Positions 53,860 to 64,000 of a stretch of DNA of 64,000 bases are shown piece after piece. The notes below the pieces were generated by a model that saw only the letters and a program-made list of their open reading frames with translations, was not told the origin of the DNA and did no database searches. The number at the start of each line of letters is the position of its first letter. The stretch's first letter is position 1. The position numbers and the translations under genes were made by a program. The DNA comes from Eledone cirrhosa (lineage: Eukaryota): positions 81,964,001 to 82,028,000 of the forward strand of contig OZ024740.1 in NCBI GenBank assembly GCA_964016885.1, in the 5' to 3' direction.

Positions 53860-56800
53860 ACCTTTTATAAAATTTGCTCTGGGTACATCACCTCTCTCTC
53901 CATCCTGATTCTTCTTCCAAAATGATATTTTAAAAAACGAATCAGTTGCTCGCCGGAGAGAAAGGTGTCTGATCTCAGCCCTTTTAACTTCGTCAACCAT
54001 ATAACCTCTTTCACCATAACCATAACACATAGGAAAACCGCCTCTCCCTCGTTTTTGAAAGGTGTCTGACCTCAGCCCTTTTAACCTCGTCAACCATATA
54101 ACCTCTTTCACCATAACCATAACACATAGGAAAACCGCCCCTCCCTCGTTTTTGAAGGAGGGTGGCAGTTTGATCATGACAATGGACTCAGTGGTAAACT
54201 GGATTGGCCCCACTCGCGACAATAGTCGTTCTACATAGCCCCACACGTCGGTAACGCCCGGGTAGTGTACAAATGGGTGCGCGACGTTTTCCTCGTCGCG
54301 GACGCATCTCGGACAGATCTTTTTCGAAGGGTCCCTACCCGGGCGCCCGTCTCTGTAGAGCTTGTCTCGAACTGGTAGAACTCCTCGGTAGCATGGCCAG
54401 GCCAGGGACTTTTGGAAGTTGTCCATTGGTCCCGGGCGGAAGGTCCTATCGAACAGACTGGCCAGTTCGTGCTCCTCTACGCATAGAGTTTCTCCGAGCG
54501 TGTCGTCGCACTTGCTGCGGACCAACCCTCCCATAGAATGTCGAAGTGGGGTCTCCACTGATCGCCGGGTCCGTTTACCAGAGGAATGTGAGCGCGCGAG
54601 CACATTCGATGTGACAGTCGCCCATTTTCCTCGGTCTTTGCTTGACCCTGGACTGCAGCTCGGTCAGCGAATCGTGGGAAGGCTCGCCTCACGAACGGGG
54701 CCCACACCGGTTGTCTGGTGAGGAATACGTGGAGGTACCGCAGCCTGAGCACGTGTTTACGCATCGTCAGCCACGGCAACCCCAGCCCTCCGTTTGAAGG
54801 GTATTCGCAGCAAATGGATCTTCTCACCAAAGGAGCCCGTTTCTTACAAAGGAATTGGAAGACGCGCGCTCCATTTTGGTGAGCGTTTTGGCTGGGCAAG
54901 GCACAACGGTCAAGCGGTAGTAGATGACGGACGCTATAAAAGTGTTCGCCACCTCTGCTCGACCTTTCAAGGATAATTTGCACTCGGCCCACTTCTGGGT
55001 GAGCGCAAACACCTTGGGCGTCACCTCGTTCCAGTTCTTCTCCACCTGGAGGTCCGGACCAAAACAGACCCCGAGAAGCTTTTCCGGTCCATCCGTCCAG
55101 CGTCCGACGACGCCATCGGTTTGCTTCTCCACGTTCCGAGTTGCAAACCGACGGATTTGTCCCGGTTAAGCTTCGCTCCTGTGAAACTTTCGTATTCCTC
55201 CAGTAAGGTGCCGACCTCCCCGATTTGCGAAGTGCTCGACACCATTACTGTAACGTCGTCGGCGTAGGCCGACGCCGCTTTTCGCAGTTCCGGTTCCAAA
55301 GGGATGCGCGGCAATAGCTCCAACTTCCGCAGTAGTGGCTCGAGAGTCAGTACGTACAGAAGGGAGGAGAGAGGGCAGCCCTGTCGGATGGATCGCGTGA
55401 AATGGAACGGCTCCGAGAGGTAGCCGTTCACCTTTACACTTGAGCAGATGTTGCTGCTGTGCATTGCAGCAATCCATCCCACGAACACGGATGCAAAGCC
55501 TGCCGCCTCGAACACCGCATCCAGGTAACGATGGTCAACCCTATCGAAAGCCTTAGAGTGATCCAAGTTGATTAGGGCCCCACCGAAGCCGGGTTTACAC
55601 CCTACCCTCTCTATGATGTATCGCATGAGGTGGGGGTTGTCGTGTATGGACCTCGTCGGGATTGCGCATGTCTGCACTTCTCCCACCAGGTTTTCGACAA
55701 GCGCCAGCCTCTTTGCCAACACCTTGGCCAAAATCTGCAACTCTGTGTTGAGCAGAGTTATGGGCCGGAAGTTGCCTATGTCATCCCCCTTATTCTAGTC
55801 CTTCCTGACTAACGTGACTACGCCCTTGGAATTCTACCGTTCTGCTGCTAGTTGCAGTAGACCGCTACCAGGAGACCGGAGAACAAGTCCGGCTTTGCTA
55901 CGTAAAATTCGTAGGGTCGACCGTCGAGACCTGGAGATTTTCGTTCGCTGCATTGGCTCAGCGCGTCCCCTATCTCAGCGGCCGAAAACGGCCTTTCGCA
56001 GAACTTCGCCTCGCTGTTGGCCGTTGAGGTATGGACTGAAATCCATAGCCCCTCCCGGCGCGCCGTCCTGCCCGAAAAGTTGAGAAAAGTGCCGCGGAAA
56101 GGCCGCGCACATCTACTTCGGCTCATGTATCACGCGTCCGTCTTGGTCCTTCAAAGACCGAATCGTGGACTTGTTGCCACTTTTCGCCTCCGTCATTCGG
56201 TCCCAGCTAACAACTTTGGCTCCCTCGTTTCCCAGAGCACGTATTTTGCTTCTGACAACGCAGCCTTCATGCTTTTGTCGAAGAACTTGTCCAAGGCCGT
56301 TCCCGTCGCTAGCACGCACGCTACGTTGCCACTCCTAAGTGCCTCTTCTACTTTATCTACCAGTTCCTTTTCGGTCTTATTTCTGTCTAACACTAATTCT
56401 TTACTAATACCTATCGAGTCTAATCTAACTTCCCTCTTGAGAGAGTACCACCATCTGTTGTTGACAATGGCCCCCGTCAAGTGCTGCTTAACTAAAGTGC
56501 TAATCCGTCTACTGTACGCTTTGCATGTCGGTAACGACAAGTTCAGCTTCCAGTAGCCGGGTCCCTGTCTATGGGTTTTGTCAAGGTTGACAAAGCAGGT
56601 CACTAATTTGTGATCTGAATAGGCAACCATGAACATTTGTGGACAGCTTAACATGTCCCTATCCTTCTTTCTAACTAGAACCCTATCTAGGTACGATCTA
56701 GATGTTCCGATGCGATTAGTTCACGTCTACAGTGGCACAGTCGGAAAATCTAGTCGATAACTATCGGCCAGGTCAAATCGGCCGATTAACTGTTTGAGGC

Positions 56801-57290
56801 TGTTACATTCCCCTCTATCGGGACATGCTCCCACATAGTCCCAACGTGTATCTAGGATTCCATTCCAGTGCCCCACTAACAGCAGGGAGCGGGACGTTCC
56901 CAGAAAAGTCTCTAGATGTTTGAAGATATCTGGCCGCGGTGTCCCGGATGGGGCATATGCGGCCACCAGCCTGAAAGCACCACCTTCACTACTGTCAACG
57001 TGTAGGACCACCAGTCGACCCTCCAGGTCCAGATATACCATCTGTGTTACGAGGTCCAGGTGTTTCCGCAGCAAAACGGCAACCCCACTCCCACCTCCCG
57101 GCTGACAGAGAGATTCGTAGAACTCAAAGTCGTCGAAGATGGGGGCCAGTTGTCGCTCGCTATGGATCCTGGACTCGCAAATGGCTACTACATCCATACT
57201 GTGCGACCTGAGGTCGTTTAAGTGTTTGGCCTGTTTCCAAGGCATTCCCAGGTCGCGTACATTCACACACCCAACTCTTATATTGGTCAT
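53860..57290 (-). pseudogene. Tx1 ORF2 (APE-RT-zinc finger), multiple frameshifts
   Basis: VNVR, CESR, YSDH, GPGYWKLN, PGLDG, QGCPLS, YADD, CPRC; clearly homologous to 2732-6128. Confidence 0.9.
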
Positions 57291-57329
57291 GTTGGTGCTG
57301 AAAAGTTAAAAAAGGAGGAAAAGAAATCA

Positions 57330-59051
57330 CTCAACCCTTCGTCTCCTGGGGACCAGGCTGCACAATTTCCATGGGGGTGTTGGAGGGGTTGTTTGGTGGG
57401 GTGGTGGTCTGTGGCGGGGTGGGGACGGAGATGTTTGGTGGGGAGAGGGTGTCAGGTGGGGTGGGCGTGTCTGGGGTGGGGGTGGGGAAACATTTCAAAA
57501 GGACGCGGTTATAGGGTTTGACGCAGGGGTTACCTACGTCGTTAGAGGGTTTTTATATATGGTGTCTGTTTAAGTTTCATTGTTAGTATTTATGTAGGTG
57601 TAACATTTTTGTTGTGTTGTGTTGCTTTTTTTCTGTGGTTCTTGTGTGTGTTTACGTTTTGTAGTAGGTATTTTGTTTTCAGGAGGGGGTGTTTTTGTTT
57701 GTGCTGTTTGCGTCGCTTGTGTTAGTGTTTGTGTGTTTGTTGCATTTTTGTTCGTGTTATGTATTTTCTTTTTTCTTTTTACTGGTCCGAAAGGCTGTCC
57801 CACTTCATCACTGGGTGACAATGATGAGGCCTCATCCGTGTTGTTGGGGAGGGGTACATTTTGGGGAGTCGTTATGTGTTTGTGGTTTCTGGAGTTGTTT
57901 TAGGTGGAGAGTGGTTGGATGGGACTATGTTTGTCGTTTGATTTGTTGTCACTATTTTTTATATTGGTGGTGGTGGTGGTGGTGGTGGTGGTGATTGTTG
58001 TGCTGGTGTTGCAGGTGTTGGCAGTAATGCCTTTCTTTGGCTAGTTAGCCGAGGACAGGAAGCTCTCAGGTGACCCCTGCATAGGTAGTGGTAACATGAG
58101 GGCCGCCTTCCCTCGACCGAAATGTTTATGTATATAAGTCCATACAGGAGCACACGTTCCGGGATCCTAGCTATTCGTTCTGGTGTCATTTGGACCAGAA
58201 TTTCCAGGCTAGTTCCACTCAAGAGGTCGCCGGAGGACTTACCTACCGATATTATTGTGTTTTTTTCTAGGTTTGAAAATCCACATAGTACCCACCAAAT
58301 ATCAATATTTGGTGTGATACTTTGGATTTTTATTTTCTGTTCTTTTCCACATGTAAGTGTGGAAAAAGGTGAACAACGTAGACACAATGGGCGATATAGA
58401 GTATTTCTGTGCCGTCAGTTGGTCTTTCATCAGAATGGATAAACTCCCATAGAGTCTACCCTTCTGAATGAAAGCAATGTCTTTTAAGGTATCTTCTAAA
58501 ATCAACTCAATTTCGCCTTGTGAAAGTTGAGTTGGTTTGGGTGTTTTGTTTCAGACTGTCCTGAAAACCACAGTTTTCAAGGCGGCTTCTCTTCGCAAAT
58601 CTAGGGGAGACTTTATGGAAAATGATCCGTCCTCCCCAAAAGTTATACTGTCTGGCGTTATTCAAAAGCTCATTTGCATTTGAAATATCTACCGGAGTGT
58701 AGCTACCGTTTTCTTTACGGTTTGCGCAAACGATATGTTGTCGTTTACTTCCTTGTTGCAGTTATTGGTCTTGTTGTAGTTGTTATTGTTATTGTTGTTG
58801 GTGTTGTTTTCGTTCGTAGCATTGTTGTTGTTGTTGTTGCTGGTGCCGCTGGTTTTGTTGTTTTTGTTTATTGTGTCACACTTTTTGTTTGTTGCCATGG
58901 CAAAGTCAATTTGTCGGTCAGCAGGTGGAGAAAATCCTTCCTCTGGCTGACCTTTGTCTTTGACATCTGCTACTATGCCAGTGGCATGGGGAAGCTGAAA
59001 GCATATCTTCCCCTTTCCTCCTTCGAATGTTGGTGAAGAAGCTACAGCCAT
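57330..59051 (-). pseudogene. Tx1 ORF1, disrupted
   Basis: Asn-rich linker, SFAQTVKK, GRLYGSLSI, VEGRRPSCYHYLCRGHLRASCP knuckle, poly-Pro; parallels element A ORF1. Confidence 0.7.
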
Positions 59052-59267
59052 TTTTTTTTAAATGTTAGTTTTTCCCCAAAAAAACATTTTGTGAACTATT
59101 TCGCCTAAAGGTGTAGAATGTTTTGAGAGACTGACCAGATCAAAATTTGACCTGGAGGTCCCTCTACAAATTGGTATAAAAATGAAGGTCTACAGTTAGG
59201 AATTTCTATGGAAATTTAAGCAGAACTTACCCAGCAAGTTTCACGCGTGTTACCATCCCAGTTGACA

Positions 59268-59380
59268 TAGATAGATAGATAGATAGAAAGATAGATATAT
59301 AGATAGATAGATAAATAGATAGATAGATAGATAGATAGAAAGAGAGAGAGATATGTAGGTAAGTAGATAGATAGATACAC
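59268..59380. repeat. (GATA)n microsatellite
   Basis: direct read. Confidence 0.9.
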
Positions 59381-60087
59381 ATAGAGATATACATAGAGGT
59401 ATTAATCAATAAGTGTGTTTTGTAGAAACTAAGGTTTATTTTGCTGCCATATCTAGCAAGACAGGTTACCAAAACATGGCCCTTGCGTGTACGACAGACA
59501 TGCACACAGACATATAGACAAATGGCCAACTTCAGTCACTCTAACAGATGAATACACACACACATGGTGTAATGAATGCGACGTTATAGTTCTCTGTCTA
59601 TCTAATCTCTTTCAACAACACTCTCACTAGTAGAGAAAAGCAATGAAGAATGACATGACGCTGAATGAAAACAAAAGCGATATATACAAACACACACACG
59701 CCGACCATAACTAAATATGGAATGACAAAGAGGGCTATCTCTCTCTTGTTGGCTTTGTTTTGCTACGTTGCCACGACGTCGTCGCTTTCTCTGTATGTAT
59801 GTTATAACCCACCTCTCCCTATATTATAACCCCTCTCTCTATATCTATATTATAAGACCCTCTCCTTCTCTATATCTAACCCAATCTCGCTATATATATT
59901 ATAACCCTCCCCACTCTCTCTCACTACTTTCCAAATGTTACAATGCTGATTGATTTTTTTTTTTTTGCTGTAGATGTTTATAGATTGTTCACCACCCCAT
60001 TTCCATCGATGGACTGACACAGGGACTGATGGACACGATTGGATTTTTATATATGTATATATATATTTATATATATATGTGGGGTGT

Positions 60088-60228
<141 letters not shown>

Positions 60229-61282
60229 TATTTTGCTGTTCTGACATAATTTGTGTAGAAATGATTCTGACATTTCAGCGCAGCCTAAAGAGATAATTAA
60301 ACCCAGAATACTTCGACAGATAAAGGATGTTTTTCCCAATTTAATGTGTAGTCTATAGACAGTCTGTACTTAGAATAAAATGCAATTAAGGAAAATATAG
60401 GAAAAAACAGGTGATACAAGCGATAAAAATTTTAGGAAAAATTGGTTGATTTTGTCTTTAAATTATAGCACTGCATTGCATTAATTTTTTTGAATCGTTA
60501 AATTGCAAAACAAAATACGTTGCTCACTGTCCAGAATCCTCTCCTACTGAGTTCATATAAAAATGAATTCAGCTTCACCTATCTTGTTTTAGGTGTTGGC
60601 ACAATGATGTATTAAACCCAAGTGAGGTATTAGTGGAAATAAATCTCTTTTTGCAATTAAATTCTGACTTCCTACGTTTCGCGTTAAACTCTAAAGCGAG
60701 GTCAAATTTTTCTTTCATCCTTCATATCTGGATCAAGTAATTGACTCCCCTTTCTCGAAATTGTTGTCTTAGAATAATTATTAAAACAATGGAAGATAAG
60801 TCTGGCCTTATGTTTTCAAATTCATTGCCTTCTGAATTTCTGGGTGTTAGCTTTAATCCATCATACGGTTTAAATATGCTACAGCTCTCTTGGATTTCAT
60901 TTTTGAAGGTTTAATCGATGCGTGTCGTTTACTTCCTCCCAAGCAGATTTGAAAGATTGGGAAATAATCTGCCATTAGCGATATTCTTCACTTTGTGATA
61001 AATGGGTTAGAAATACATTATATACTTTATTATTGAATATTATAACGTATCCATTCTGCTTTGTCATTTGCAGGGGTAAGTGTATTATCATAACTCTTGA
61101 CCTTTGACAATTGCGTAATAATTTATTGCAGGCTTTCTCTAGATTAGAGGAGAAATGATTCGTTGAGTAACCTTTTGACTATATTTCTTGGATTTCGTAA
61201 AAACTTAACATTCTGTCAGGCATCACTACAATCTGAATAACATCACAGTGTTTTAGCACAAGTAGTGCCTTGTCCATTAAAT

Positions 61283-61615
61283 CTTCTTCTTCTTCTTCTT
61301 CTTCTTCTTCTTCCAGCGGGTTATGTCAGAATCAGATATCTCCAGCTTATCTGGCGGGATCCCTAAGCGAGATCATCTGATCTCGAGGATGCTATCCAAA
61401 CATCTTACTCACGGTCTTCCCCTGGGTTTCAATTCAGTTAGTTTTAAGCGCAAAATCTGTCCAGCGATATCTGTCGGAGACATTCTTACTATATGCTCAT
61501 ACTATTGGAGCCAAGATCTCTTATTTCGGAGAAGCAGCGGCTCTACCTGGAGTGAATCTCTGATCCCTGAGCTACGCACTCTATCGAATAGAGTGTGTAT
61601 AGTATGTTAAAACCA
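61283..61615 (-). mobile_element. RTE-clade LINE 3' fragment with (GAA)n tail
   Basis: homologous to 17574-17985; DRVRSSGIR..VEPLLLR. Confidence 0.75.
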
Positions 61616-63958
61616 TCGTGTGGACAATATTTTCAGATGACGGCAAGGAGTCATTTGAGTTATTAAATTGTGTACGCATGTATGTACATATGATCATGCG
61701 TCTAATTCAAAAGTGCTGGGACGTTTTTAACAACAGGCTGCAACCATGTCTAATGAATGTAGCATATACCACCTTTTATATACCGGAACGACCGACGCTA
61801 TTATAAATGCAAAACCTGAAATAACAATGAATTTGTTTAACATTATGCGGTGGTCGTCTTTGTGCATGTTCTTGATAGGTACGTGATGTATGTCACTATT
61901 TCATAAATAAAGTATTTTATGAAAAAATAAAATGATAGTATGAGTATGGTCTATTTGCCTATCGTTACCCTTTTTCTTAATTTGTTAAAATGAATACATT
62001 TACCTTCAGTTTTACTGCTATGTTATTGATATAGGACACGTTCCAATATTTCCAATATGGTGAAAAGCAGGGAGGAGGGTATACTGCAGCAGAAGATCTC
62101 ACTCAATTGCTTCCAACAGATGTCCATTTTCTAATGTCGTCCATGGGGCAAATAGTAGTTTTCAATAGTGCGAGGAAATACAACTACCACCCTAGTAGGT
62201 TACATTGGGATTTGAAATTAGAATAGAAACAGCCGAAACAGAATTGACAGAAATTTCATCCGTTACAATAACATAGTATCACATTTACTTCCCCCATTGT
62301 TAATGAATACGAATATATATATATTTAGTAGCTTCATCAACACAGGAAAATGTGTACTAAAACCACACGAACTCTCTCAAAGAAAGTGTTAATAATATTC
62401 AGCTACACTATTTTAATTATCTCATGTTAGTGGTAAGTGTATTGTTCTCTTAGATCTGTGCATAGGAATTATTTGGATAAGTTAAATAGATTTCCATAAC
62501 AACGAAAGGGGTTCTCATGTCAAATCAATCATGAGATAGCAAAATTAAACAATATATCTTCTACTGCGCAGTATTAATCTATAATAATTCAGGATATATT
62601 TAGATGATGTCATGCACCTCCACACCAAAGCAGGAGCAACACCAATTATGTATTCTAAACCGTATCTGTCGAAATGACTATGCACTCATTACTGCTATTA
62701 ATAAATGTGATGGTTTTATTACTGAACTGATTCATCAATAATGAAAACACTATATCAACATCTATGGTATGAAATAATCAGATATTTAAAGCAATCTTAT
62801 ATGTGATAATATAAATAACGAATATCAGATTACGTTACACGCCATCTGATGTTATTGATGTTCATTGCTATCTTAAATGTCTTTCTATGTATATATGCAG
62901 ATGGTGTATACATAATAATAAGCGCCTATCCTTTAATTTCTACTTCACAATATCATGCAAATTACACGTTTTGTAAATTTAATTTTGAATAACGTATATT
63001 GATCTCACCAAATTGGTGATATTCATACAGGTTTGAAGCCTAGGGCAAAGCCGTTTACTTATTGTAGTGTTCTTGTTGTTTAGTGTCAGCTCACATGTGA
63101 CTGGATATATTTATGTTCGAAAACAAGCTACGGCTATCCCATCTTTGTGCGTGACTGGCATCACGTAGTTCAACGCATGCGATATTACGGCTTTCCTGCT
63201 TTCATTTGCCCACCAGGCCAATTTAACGTGTAGAATTCTCAGTATTATTGAGTAAGAGATGTACAAGTTTGAGACAGGAGAAGATGTGGTTGAACAGCAA
63301 CATCAGAAGATCCCTACATAGTTGATGGTTAAAGAATAAAAGAAGATACATGTTGTGCCATTTTATCAACTATATAAGCGTGTTGCTCAAAGAGTCCTTG
63401 CGAATAAGGTTAATTATTTGGGGCTTGTCGAGAATGGTTATGTATGTGGATGTAAACTTTATGAGTAATACTCTAAACTTCGTAGAATGTTATCACATCT
63501 ACCTAGTTTAGGTGTCTAGTATGATGGGAGTCTATGAAACGGCGAAAGATGTGGGTAATATCTATTTCAAGGTAATTATCAAGATTTAAAAAAATATGTG
63601 TGTACAGCATAAATACGGTGAGAGATAATGACGTGACTGAGCAAGAACCGTGTATATATCCATTGAGAACGAGAAGATAATCAAAATAATAACAAATGAA
63701 ATTGTTTATGAGTTATTGGGAGTGGAGATTACATAGTGGTTATTTAGAATGCTCGGCAGGTTATTTTTGTGGGCAAGAGATATATCCATTGTCTGTTTCC
63801 ATCGACCCTATTCATGTGGCCATGAAATGTCTGCTGGCTGTTTTTAAGCAATGGAAATGACGTTGGCCTGATCATTTTGTTCACTTAAATTATAAAAGGT
63901 TCTGTAACATGTCATATATATAATTATAATTATAAATATAAGCTATCGCCGTATTTTG

Positions 63959-63990
63959 AGATGAGTATTGACGTACGTCAATACTCATCT
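63959..63990. repeat. Perfect 32-bp palindrome
   Basis: AGATGAGTATTGACGT|ACGTCAATACTCATCT. Confidence 0.9.
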
Positions 63991-64000
63991 TTTTCCATTT

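Larger units (their letters stand above)
53568..59261 (-). mobile_element. Full-length but decayed Tx1/L1-clade LINE (element B) with 12-bp TSD
   Basis: TTGACATAGATA at 53556-53567 and 59262-59273; ORF1 from 59051, ORF2 from 57290; AATAAA near 53575. Confidence 0.9.

Overview
Eukaryotic, AT-rich, repeat-dominated window with no recognisable host gene. The SINE type, dense (TA)n/(CA)n/(ATT)n microsatellites and retroelement mix suggest a mollusc, probably a cephalopod such as Octopus (inference only). Contents: two full-length Tx1/L1-clade LINEs, one inside (ATT)n and one with a 12-bp target duplication at the edge of (GATA)n; several Penelope-like elements (PLEs; RT + GIY-YIG), including a near-complete Neptune-type copy with a tandem pLTR; R4/Dong-type RLE LINE fragments; RTE 3' ends; tRNA-derived SINEs; non-autonomous Helitrons; and a decayed hAT-like transposase. 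The most striking unannotated layer is non-coding. There are about 11 type I hammerhead-ribozyme (HHR) motifs. Most have palindromic stem III and four carry long (about 40-90 nt) stem II insertions. They occur in pLTRs, in a 426-bp direct-repeat (retrozyme-like) unit and in long fold-back inverted repeats embedded in (TA)n tracts. Coordinates were read by eye and family assignments come from motif recognition, not database searches.
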